Shown here piece after piece: positions 48,339 through 57,635 of a stretch of DNA of 64,000 nucleotides. The stretch is from positions 1 to 64,000 of IMG/VR virus record IMGVR_UViG_3300037721_000031. One strand, written 5' to 3'. The stretch is from a virus (lineage: Duplodnaviria; Caudoviricetes). The notes below the pieces were generated by a model. It ran no database searches. It was not told where the DNA came from and saw only the letters and a list, made by a program, of their open reading frames with translations. The position numbers were made by a program, and so were the translations under genes. The first letter of the stretch is position 1, and every line of letters begins with the position of its first letter.

Positions 48339-49029
48339 TTAAGAGGAGTTTCCTCTTATTATAGGGCGGGCGTAGCGACGACCTCTAATAGAGTAGTGGT
48401 GTTATACTTTTCTTACAGCCATAAACCATTCCACTATCCCAGGGTCAACAGGCCCTGGGGAATAGGTAATGATGGTTTTAATTAAAACATATATAAACGC
48501 GCGCGAGCGTGCGCATGTGTGATGTTATATAGTGAATAAATGAAATGATTTAAAAGAGTTATGAGCTATTTGTTTTAATAAGAGTATGAACTCTACCATA
48601 CATTGAAACAAATCTAACATGGATAAGTTTGAAAGGTTTTAGAGACATTATTAGTAGATATTTTAGAGAGCTATAACTAGAATATTCTTTACTACAGTAA
48701 CAACCAATACTCCTACTCTAAAAAAAGAAATTTTAAAACAATTCTTATTTTACTTTTTACACTACGTGTAGTAATATGAGTATGTCAATTTAATAAGATG
48801 TAAGTTAATCTAAAAATAAGAAAAAAGTATACAGTCTTAAATCTTAGTGATGATTATGATAATTTAAAAGATATACAAAGTGATCTATAAACGTTTACAT
48901 TCTTTATAGCGGGAATACTACTATCTAATGAAATTAAACGTTTGTAGATGATTCTGAAAAGATTTAGAACTATGTTCGACGTCTATTAGATTTGTATAGA
49001 TTATTTTTTACGATAAAAGGAATCTGGAA

Positions 49030-50274
49030 ATGAGTAGCATGATAAAAGAAATATTTGATAAACTAGTTGGAGCTTCGTTACCAATTGATTCTTATATGGT
49101 AAAACAAGTACACCGTTATCAAACTGATTTTGTTAACAAAAATAAAGATCACACCGAGTTCTTTGGTGGGAACTTGACAGGTGTACACATTACCAGGTTT
49201 ACAGACTCTGATAAGTCTAAGTGGTTTGAAGATGTATTAGATAATGCAGACTCTGAGGAACTTAGAGAGAAGTTACATACAGTCCCAGCATTGCAGAATG
49301 AAAAAGGTGTGTTTATCATATCTGGTGATGTAATGAATTTATCCTGCATGTGGCTGTTACATAAGTTTCACAATGCTTCAAACATTCCTTTAGATCATAG
49401 ACGAAATGCGATGATCGATGTAATGTTAGCAATGCAATTCAAGATGTTGACATCGTTATTATTTCACTACTTTAGATATCCTGCTGATAGAGCTGTAGCC
49501 GAGGCTACTTATGCAATGCTTACAAATAAGTACTCATTGAAGGTATATGGGTCTTGGATCGGAGTATTGCGTTCTAGGTGTGAAGATGTAATATCAAATA
49601 CATCTATCCACTTTGACACTATTAGTAAAATGGATAACGATGTTGGTGTTGTTAGAGCTATTAATGATATTCAAGGTAGACTACGTGATATGTTGAAAAA
49701 CATTTACGGTGTATTCTTGCAGGCTCACCACTCAGGTGCTAAAGTAAGCGCTACTTCGTCTGTGATTGAACACGATGGAGTGGAGATACTTAAAGATACT
49801 AGTAAATCACAAACCACTTATATTCGATATATTAAATCCATAATTGGAGATAGTAACTCATTTATACGTGAAGAATTACTGAGAGTAGTGGCTAACATCA
49901 TGCCATCGGCACCACCTAAGCATCTGAGAACAACTCTTGAATTTTTATCAAGAAATTACTTGAAAGCTCAATCTGATGAGGTAATTAAATTACTTGATAA
50001 TACTCTTATCCATAGCTTCACATATCTGGCTGAGAATCGTGCAACAATGCGTTCAGGTATTGACTTACCGTCATTACTAACACGTCTTAGAGGTGTATAC
50101 ACCTCTTCACGTTCTACTGATCCTGATCTGTTAGAGTTAAGAAAGATAGTAGAAGATATTACAAGAACTGCGATTGATGTAAAGACTGAAGCAGTAATAG
50201 CTTCCGTACGTACCGCAGTGTTATTGTACATCATAGCCAGAACATACACTATGCGACATTATCTAACTAATTAA
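49030..50274 (+). CDS. Conserved phiKZ-like virion structural protein (gp32-like)
   Basis: HTEFFGGNLTGV, RGVYTSSRS.DP.L, R.AVLLYI..R motifs. Confidence 0.65.
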   Translation: MSSMIKEIFDKLVGASLPIDSYMVKQVHRYQTDFVNKNKDHTEFFGGNLTGVHITRFTDSDKSKWFEDVLDNADSEELREKLHTVPALQNEKGVFIISGDVMNLSCMWLLHKFHNASNIPLDHRRNAMIDVMLAMQFKMLTSLLFHYFRYPADRAVAEATYAMLTNKYSLKVYGSWIGVLRSRCEDVISNTSIHFDTISKMDNDVGVVRAINDIQGRLRDMLKNIYGVFLQAHHSGAKVSATSSVIEHDGVEILKDTSKSQTTYIRYIKSIIGDSNSFIREELLRVVANIMPSAPPKHLRTTLEFLSRNYLKAQSDEVIKLLDNTLIHSFTYLAENRATMRSGIDLPSLLTRLRGVYTSSRSTDPDLLELRKIVEDITRTAIDVKTEAVIASVRTAVLLYIIARTYTMRHYLTN

Positions 50275-50291
50275 AACTAAGGTTAACTATT

Positions 50292-50702
50292 GTGGTGCGG
50301 TTTATTTATCAACTACTGAAATTATTTCTTCGTTTAATTTCAGTGCTCTGTAAACAGGTACTAGGGCCTTATACATTTACAGATATTTCATTAAATTGTC
50401 CAGCAGTGACAATGACTATTACTACAATTGATGGAATAATTACCACAATTCATTGTAAGGAACGAAGATATTTACGAAGATACGCAAACTGGTATGTTAG
50501 AGATCGTACTGTAAGTACTTACACCGTATACGCGACAGTGTGTGGTGATGTATCTGAAAATTATAATAGAGCTTGTAATACAGTACACTCGTTTCCTAAA
50601 CTACTTCATCCGTGGATGTCAGCAGATAACCATAGAGAGGCGGTTGTCGAAGCATACATCGATATACTGTTATGTAGTTTGCGTGTAACTAATGACACGT
50701 AA
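50292..50702 (+). CDS. Hypothetical protein (start uncertain)
   Basis: GTG ORF filling the gap before terL. Confidence 0.4.
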   Translation: MVRFIYQLLKLFLRLISVLCKQVLGPYTFTDISLNCPAVTMTITTIDGIITTIHCKERRYLRRYANWYVRDRTVSTYTVYATVCGDVSENYNRACNTVHSFPKLLHPWMSADNHREAVVEAYIDILLCSLRVTNDT

Positions 50703-50745
50703 TGTATTCTACCTTTCATAACTACATCAGTTACGTTTATTAAAT

Positions 50746-50800
50746 ATAACGATCAATATGTCATGAGCTATAATGCTTAGACATATTGATCGTTATGCCG
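50746..50800. terminator. Long hairpin ending TATGCCG upstream of terL
   Basis: 17-bp outer stem 50746-62/50780-96. Confidence 0.75.
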
Positions 50801-50842
50801 AACCATAGTTGGTTCGTCTATAGAAAAAAGAGAGTAAAATAA

Positions 50843-53056
50843 ATGACTATCCTATTTGCATCGGACTGGGGTAAATACCCAGGTGCAATCATAGATTTAA
50901 AAACCCGCAACACTTCTTTTATTCGCATGGCGAGTGTACTGCGTTCAATGGGTGTTAAGAATCATGCTTTTCCTCTTGCACTGCATGATAAAACATTACA
51001 AGGTGTAGATCCTTTTGATATTACGAGACTCACTCTTGAACAGCAGTTACGTATTGCGTTAGAATGTAAAAATAATTATTGGTATTATTTTCGAGAGATA
51101 GCAAAAACTTCATCTATCGGTAGTACTGATTCTAAACCATTTCAATGCAATCGTGGTAACATTGCTTTAGCGTGGTTATTCTTTAACCACATTATGCAAA
51201 TTCTTATCCAGCCACGTCAGACTGGTAAGTCTTTCGGTACTGACACAATAATGACTTTGTTATTAAACGTCGTTTGTGTAAATACAAAAATAAATCTATT
51301 AACGAAAGATGATACGTTGAGGCGTTCTAATATACAACGCTTGAAAGATATTGCTAATGAATTACCAATTTATCTACAGCAAAAAGGTCCGACTGACTTA
51401 AACAATACTGAGGAAATTACAATTAATTCATTAGGTAATAGATATACAACACACGTTCCTCAGATGTCAGTTAAGAAAGCTATTGGTTTAGGTCGAGGTC
51501 TGACAACACCAATATTCCACATTGATGAAGCTCCATTTCAGTCAAATATAGAAATTGCTTTACCAGCAGCACTAGCCGCTATGGGTGCCGCTGTGGATAA
51601 GGCTGCCGATGAAGATGCTCCTTATGGTACTATTATTACAACTACAGCTGGTAAGAAGGATGATAAAGACGGTCGTTTTATTTATAACATGATGTCTGAA
51701 TCAGCTAATTGGACAGAACGTTTTTTAGACGCTGTTGATCATTCTGATTTAGAAAATATGATACGTCGTAATAGTCGTACTGGTAAGTTAAGAGTGTCGT
51801 GTGTTTTTAATCATCGACAACTAGGCAAGACAGATGACTGGTTACGTCGTAAGTTAGAAGAAGCTGTGCAATCAGGAGACGATGCTAACCGAGACTTCTT
51901 TAACATGTGGACTTCTGGCTCACAGACTAATCCATTACCTACAAGTGTCTTGGAAACAATCCGTGCTAGTGCTAAAGAAGTGAAGTATGTAGATATCTCG
52001 CCAATAAACGGTTATGTCACTAACTGGTACATTAATGAAGATGAGATAGAAGCTAGAATGGCGAATGGTCAATTCGTTCTAGGTATGGATACATCCGAAG
52101 CTTCTGGTGGCGATGATATTTCGCTTATTCTAGTAGATGTACGTACATTAGATTTAGTTGCATCAGGTACTTACAATGAAACTAATCTACTCATGTTTTC
52201 TAAGTGGGTAGCTCAGTGGTTTGTTAGGTTTCGTAACTTTACAGCTATTATTGAAAGACGATCTACTGGCGGTATGCTTCTTGATTATCTTCTCATTATG
52301 TTACCGGAAATGGGAATTGACCCATTTGTGAGACTGTTTAACATGATTGTTCATGAGAAAGATGAACAGCCTGAGCGTTACGCTGAAATTTGTCAACCAA
52401 TGAGTAGACGTGATTCTAATATTTACGTCAAGATGAAGAAGGCTTTTGGTTACGCCACCAGTGGATCTGGAGTAACTTCTCGCACAGCCCTGTATTCAGC
52501 AACATTGAAATTAGCCGCTACTCGTGCTGCATCTAAAATATATGATAAAAGTCTTATTGATCAAATAACAGGCTTAATTGTAAAGAATGGTAGAATCGAC
52601 CACGAAGATGGGGCACATGACGACATGGTCATTGGTTGGCTACTATGTATGTGGTTAATTACTTCTGGCGTTAATTTATCACATTACGGTATAGATACAT
52701 CTAAGTTAATGAGTAGAATTGTTGAGATTGAACATTTAGACCCTCATGAGATTTTTGAGAGACGGCAACAAGCTGATCTGAGAAAGAAGCTAGATGATCT
52801 TAGTGATCAATTAGCTAAAACTGCTGATGATTACGTGTCGATGAAAATTGAACATCAAATGCGATCATTAATGCACGGTATCACAGTAGAAGAAGATGAA
52901 ATTCTTTCTGTTGACGAAATGATAAGAATTAGTCGAGAGCGTCGAAAGACTAACAGACTTGATAAGTATTCATCGAGTAATGGACAGAATAATCATTGGT
53001 CTAAGTATCAACAACATACTCCGCAGTCTAGCGGGTATTTTGTAAGAGGTGTATAA
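50843..53056 (+). CDS. terL: Terminase large subunit
   Basis: PRQTGKS Walker A, FHIDEAPF Walker B, TTTAG motif III, LGMDTSE and AHDDMVI RNase H-like nuclease. Confidence 0.93.
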   Translation: MTILFASDWGKYPGAIIDLKTRNTSFIRMASVLRSMGVKNHAFPLALHDKTLQGVDPFDITRLTLEQQLRIALECKNNYWYYFREIAKTSSIGSTDSKPFQCNRGNIALAWLFFNHIMQILIQPRQTGKSFGTDTIMTLLLNVVCVNTKINLLTKDDTLRRSNIQRLKDIANELPIYLQQKGPTDLNNTEEITINSLGNRYTTHVPQMSVKKAIGLGRGLTTPIFHIDEAPFQSNIEIALPAALAAMGAAVDKAADEDAPYGTIITTTAGKKDDKDGRFIYNMMSESANWTERFLDAVDHSDLENMIRRNSRTGKLRVSCVFNHRQLGKTDDWLRRKLEEAVQSGDDANRDFFNMWTSGSQTNPLPTSVLETIRASAKEVKYVDISPINGYVTNWYINEDEIEARMANGQFVLGMDTSEASGGDDISLILVDVRTLDLVASGTYNETNLLMFSKWVAQWFVRFRNFTAIIERRSTGGMLLDYLLIMLPEMGIDPFVRLFNMIVHEKDEQPERYAEICQPMSRRDSNIYVKMKKAFGYATSGSGVTSRTALYSATLKLAATRAASKIYDKSLIDQITGLIVKNGRIDHEDGAHDDMVIGWLLCMWLITSGVNLSHYGIDTSKLMSRIVEIEHLDPHEIFERRQQADLRKKLDDLSDQLAKTADDYVSMKIEHQMRSLMHGITVEEDEILSVDEMIRISRERRKTNRLDKYSSSNGQNNHWSKYQQHTPQSSGYFVRGV

Positions 53057-53058
53057 GC

Positions 53059-53097
53059 CGGCATAAAGACCACGGGATTCCCGTGGTCTTTATGCCG
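53059..53097. terminator. Perfect CGGCATAA...TTATGCCG element (convergent junction)
   Basis: 19-bp arms separated by a single T. Confidence 0.85.
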
Positions 53098-53123
53098 TTT
53101 GCGTGTCCAGCGCTTTTAAAAAA

Positions 53124-53993
53124 TTAAACTTGTAAAGCCGTGTTGGCTAAACCAGTTACCCGAGAACCATAACCTTCGCTTTGCTTCGAAACATCAGCAG
53201 AGATTCCATCCACAAAGGATTGACGTGCATAGGGGTTCGCGCCCACTACAGACATGGAATCAAGCAGTGTCTGACAGAATGCGTCAACACCAATACCAGT
53301 TTGAGAAATAGCAGTGAAGTTGATGTCATAAGTAACAGCTTCACCAGCTGCAGCCAATTCACGCTTACCTGTGATTTCACCGGTTCCTTGCGGGAACATG
53401 TTAGTGCACAGCCAGCTCTTGACTACCTTTGAATGAGTAGGATCAGGTTCGATGAACGCACACGTCATCGAGTACATATCCATCAACATGTCAGCAGGAA
53501 CCTGACCGCCTAAAGTAGCAATATTAGCCACCTTAGAATCCGGATCCATCAACAGGTTACGAATCCATGCGCCCATGAAGCTAGCCACCGGCATGCCATA
53601 CTTTTCATTCCAGCGAAACACAGGGTTAGAACGTGCACGAGTCACATTCATGTAATCCTGATGCATTTCACCAGCGCCACCAACAGGCGATGTATCGTCA
53701 ACCGCAACTTCAAGACCTTGAGACAAACCATCGATAGAGATGGGATGGAGTTCAACAAGAGCTCTCAGAGTAGCTACCCAGTTATCCGGGTTAGACATAA
53801 ACTGGAAACCACGAGGAGCTTCCACTAACAGACAGATGAGATTACGACGAACGTATGCTTGATTGCTCACGACCCGAGTCAGGTCGTTTGCATATCCCAT
53901 TTGCCCACCGTAACGCAGATCAACCATTGGGTTTTGATGGCCAGCAGCAAAATCCGGGTTGTTCTGCAAAATTGTATTTGCAAGTCGTGCCAT
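53124..53993 (-). CDS. Major tail tube protein (phiKZ gp30-like)
   Basis: Follows the sheath gene; DLRYGGQMG, EKYG.P, EPDPT..V.KSWL..NMFP motifs. Confidence 0.8.
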   Translation of the reverse strand: MARLANTILQNNPDFAAGHQNPMVDLRYGGQMGYANDLTRVVSNQAYVRRNLICLLVEAPRGFQFMSNPDNWVATLRALVELHPISIDGLSQGLEVAVDDTSPVGGAGEMHQDYMNVTRARSNPVFRWNEKYGMPVASFMGAWIRNLLMDPDSKVANIATLGGQVPADMLMDMYSMTCAFIEPDPTHSKVVKSWLCTNMFPQGTGEITGKRELAAAGEAVTYDINFTAISQTGIGVDAFCQTLLDSMSVVGANPYARQSFVDGISADVSKQSEGYGSRVTGLANTALQV

Positions 53994-54073
53994 TACCTGG
54001 CTCCTTCTTAGAAAACGTTAAAGATTCTTAAATGAGAGAATAGTATCGATAGCTATTGGAAGATATTTTTAAT

Positions 54074-54103
54074 AGTGGGTAGAAATTCTCACTTCTACCC
54101 ACT
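54074..54103. terminator. Hairpin between sheath and tube genes
   Basis: AGTGGGTAGAA/TTCTACCCACT. Confidence 0.55.
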
Positions 54104-54129
54104 CAAGCTTCTTAATAGCTTAGTAAATA

Positions 54130-56205
54130 TTATTCTTCCAAGTCACTAATGCGACGAGCTTCGATACTCAGCACCGACACAGTCTTCATGTTAGGCGCGT
54201 AGATCTTGATCTTCGTAGTCCACGAATACCCACGAGCAACGTCAGCTTCTGTGAAGTAGACATCAGGTTCAATCACAAAACGATCATCGAAACGACCAAT
54301 GGTGTTATCGATAATGAAACGCTTAACACGCTCGATCAACTGAGCATTTGTCAAATTAGCGCTTCCAGTGAATTGACGCCATGCCCGCTCGCCAACCTTT
54401 TGCAGTTCAACAATAGCCATGGCTGTGAAGAAGCTATTCAGCACAGACGTATCATTGTCATAAACTGTCTTAAGGGCCGGGAAGAAGTAACTACGACGCC
54501 CAAAACTCTGCACCCAGTTCAATCCAGCATCCCAGTCCTTATTCCGAACTGAGGCAGGAGTGAACGTCACGTTGATGTCAGTGAACATCGAAACGTTATT
54601 CAGAGGAGATGCGTCAAATGCAAAACCAGGCTTCCAGCGACCATTACCAGCACCCATGTAAGAAGCCGCCTTACGAGCAACTTCAAGAGTGAGGGGAAGG
54701 TTCTTAGTATACTGCGATTGCAGCAGACGACCAGAACGACCAACCACCATACCGCGCATTACTGCAGTACCGAAGAACTCAGATTCAGGAAACAGTTGAA
54801 GACGCGTCTTCAGAGCAATAGCCAGAGAGCTTTCTTGAGAAGCAGTCAGAGTCAGACCAAGAACGTCGTGCGTAGACAGAACAACAAACGTATCCTTACG
54901 CACAGCAATGAAACTACAAAGAGCGTGCTTCGTAGCCAGGGGGAACCCGCTATCATAAATGATAGATTCAGGATAACGTGCCGAGTCCATGAGTACACTG
55001 TTCTCGTTAGCATACTCAGTGACAGCGGTAGTCACCAAATCAGCAAACAAGGTTTCATTCATTGTACCATCTTTACCACCAATCGCGTAGATTGTGGACG
55101 ACTCACTCAACCGAACGCTGTTGCCAGCTTCAATTAATTCGAATGTTTCGTACGGAACACCAGATGAATGCAGACCGTTAATAAGGTTGACCTTATATTC
55201 CCCGCCAGCAGTACCGTCTAAGTCATTACCGTCACCAGTCCACAAAGATTCAGTATCGTAGACATCGTTCAGGATACTAGCCAGATTGGCGTGATAAATA
55301 TGCATTTCGCCAAAAGGACCATACGTCGGAGGATTCACTGTGGAATCAAAATCCTGATAAGCTTGAAGGAAGACATCTTCAATCGACAGCTTACTATCAG
55401 TATTACGGTCAATAACTTGAGCTTTCCAAGTCACATCTCTAAACTGTTCAGCAGCCAGTGTCTCAACGATAGTCGGTGTCGACAGATCATCCTTACGATA
55501 CACGCAAGCAATACGGAAAGGATATACCTTTTCATTGGAGATAATACGTTCATCGACAGGCGACGATGAAGTAGTTGTCGGTGCCCAAATGCGAATACCG
55601 AAGTTGCTGCTATCGGCACCGAAATACGGGCCACGAAGATCCATGATCGGATAACGAACAGATTGAGTAGCTCCGTCAGTTTGATCACCAGGTGCTTGAG
55701 CAGCTTGGCCGAATGAGTCATTACCGCTAACGGGTAACACTTCAGCGACTACCCACTTTGCCTTGATACCAGCAACTTGTTCCCCAGTAGGAACCTTTAA
55801 GCCATCAACGTCAAGAGTGAATGAGCCATCAGCTTCACGTTCATACGTATCGATATCTCCTTGCAAGACATCCAGATATAAACGAATAGAAGCAGGAGAA
55901 CCAGCGTCAGAAGGCTTCACGCGCTGAACCATCTGCGCGTTACCCTGACTGTTGATGATGTTGCTAAGAACAGTAGCATGCGTTGCAAACGAGCTACGAA
56001 GATCAAAGCTATCAGCACCGTACATTGCTGTACGGCTATTACCCACTACCAGTTGAGGAGTGGTGGGGCCTTTCTTAGCATAGATGTATACTTTCGGGAG
56101 GTGAGTAGGAATTACTTCCGGCTCAGGGACAAGAGCGCGAGTGCTCTTATCATCCGTCCCACGAAAGATGGTCATCGGCGCGCCATTGACAATAGTAGTG
56201 GACAT
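54130..56205 (-). CDS. Contractile tail sheath protein (phiKZ gp29-like)
   Basis: 691 aa; IVNGAP, YDSGFPL.TK, LKTVYDNDTSVLNS, GYSW..KI motifs. Confidence 0.88.
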   Translation of the reverse strand: MSTTIVNGAPMTIFRGTDDKSTRALVPEPEVIPTHLPKVYIYAKKGPTTPQLVVGNSRTAMYGADSFDLRSSFATHATVLSNIINSQGNAQMVQRVKPSDAGSPASIRLYLDVLQGDIDTYEREADGSFTLDVDGLKVPTGEQVAGIKAKWVVAEVLPVSGNDSFGQAAQAPGDQTDGATQSVRYPIMDLRGPYFGADSSNFGIRIWAPTTTSSSPVDERIISNEKVYPFRIACVYRKDDLSTPTIVETLAAEQFRDVTWKAQVIDRNTDSKLSIEDVFLQAYQDFDSTVNPPTYGPFGEMHIYHANLASILNDVYDTESLWTGDGNDLDGTAGGEYKVNLINGLHSSGVPYETFELIEAGNSVRLSESSTIYAIGGKDGTMNETLFADLVTTAVTEYANENSVLMDSARYPESIIYDSGFPLATKHALCSFIAVRKDTFVVLSTHDVLGLTLTASQESSLAIALKTRLQLFPESEFFGTAVMRGMVVGRSGRLLQSQYTKNLPLTLEVARKAASYMGAGNGRWKPGFAFDASPLNNVSMFTDINVTFTPASVRNKDWDAGLNWVQSFGRRSYFFPALKTVYDNDTSVLNSFFTAMAIVELQKVGERAWRQFTGSANLTNAQLIERVKRFIIDNTIGRFDDRFVIEPDVYFTEADVARGYSWTTKIKIYAPNMKTVSVLSIEARRISDLEE

Positions 56206-56640
56206 ATTAAAATTCCGTAAATGAGTGGAGACAGATACCTTAAATGTATAGAATTTTCTTTGTACTATACGTTGACGGTAAGATTTCCTAAAAGACTAAT
56301 CTGACAACAGTGCGTGTGACTATACAAATAAGTTTTTTATTTCAATACAAATCACTTATTATTTAGAAGACGCTATTATTGTTTAGCCTGAATTTTTTCA
56401 AATCACAAGTGAAAAAGACTGACTAGTCTTTTCATATGTGACGCAGAGTGGTATTTCGACCGTAGATGTATATCCCGGTAAATACAATTTATGAGTAAGA
56501 TCTTTTTTAATAACACTGATCATAAAAAATGTGATTCTTTATGCGAATGTGTTGTCGCATTCATAATAAATGTCAGTAAGAAGATAATGCTCCATTTTCT
56601 ATACAAATTATTTACAGTTAGCTGAGAAAAGGATAACGAT

Positions 56641-57561
56641 ATGTCTATTTTTAAAACTGCTTATGATACAGCAGCATGTCGAGGTTACATTACAGATAAA
56701 ATTACCGATGGACTTACTCGTGCTGATATCAAGAGTCTTTTAACATCATCTAAGCTAAATGATGTTGCGTTAGTTACCGGCAGTCATTTGGTAGATGAAT
56801 TAGTTCCTACTTTTAGTCATCCTATTTTATTTAAAGACCGTAATGGTACTGAAAAGCTAGCTATTGACGTACGAGGCTATGGTAAGTGGGACAGCGTACA
56901 GCAAGAATATGTGGTGCGTGACACAGCCTCTTATGATGGCTTGATGGTGCGTGCTGGTCTTAATGAGATCTGGTTAGAAGCTAATGGTCCTGATAGAATT
57001 AGGTCTATGTCTGTTTTCCCGTTAAGTGTATTTGCTTCTTGGATAGGTGAAGCAGTAGCAAAACGTTTAGCATTGGAAGCACAAGATCAGTTCACTGTAT
57101 CTGTACTAGCAGCTATTTTCTATTTAAATCTTTTTTGGGATAATGAACGCAGTACAAATCCTAACAAGATGGATAAAGCTTTTCTTGTAAGTGTTATATC
57201 TAGAGGCTTGAATTACAAGTCTGATATGGTTTACGATATTGTTGAAAAACATGCGGGTATCGCGAATGTTAACGACTATTGTGAAGCTTGCAAGAGTTAC
57301 TCGCAAAGTGTACGGCTACGTGATCTAAATGTATCTACACTTTTTGCAATGATTGGTGGTTACTGGTATGGTAATAGCGGCCGCGAAGTTATCGCAGTTG
57401 CACTCGAACATCCGCCAACATGGTTATCCTTGTTATGGCAAGCAATGTATATTCAGGGGTATCGTAACGCAGGTCTTACAAAGATTCTGGAACGCAGTAC
57501 CTATAAGCGGCAGAGTAGCCAGTTCGGATTAGCGGTATCTAGTCTTTTAAAGACTAACTAA
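56641..57561 (+). CDS. Virion structural protein (gp28-like)
   Basis: Divergent from the sheath gene; VALEHPPTW motif. Confidence 0.65.
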   Translation: MSIFKTAYDTAACRGYITDKITDGLTRADIKSLLTSSKLNDVALVTGSHLVDELVPTFSHPILFKDRNGTEKLAIDVRGYGKWDSVQQEYVVRDTASYDGLMVRAGLNEIWLEANGPDRIRSMSVFPLSVFASWIGEAVAKRLALEAQDQFTVSVLAAIFYLNLFWDNERSTNPNKMDKAFLVSVISRGLNYKSDMVYDIVEKHAGIANVNDYCEACKSYSQSVRLRDLNVSTLFAMIGGYWYGNSGREVIAVALEHPPTWLSLLWQAMYIQGYRNAGLTKILERSTYKRQSSQFGLAVSSLLKTN

Positions 57562-57635
57562 TGCTCCAACTGGTGCCGTCCAATTTGTAAAACCGCTAGA
57601 ATATATTTACTAGAGGTCTTCTAGGATACACTTCA

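Noticed and set aside
48294-48485. 63-aa ORF over the G-rich region
   Set aside because: TTG start, R/G-rich translation that simply reflects the G tracts; more likely non-coding
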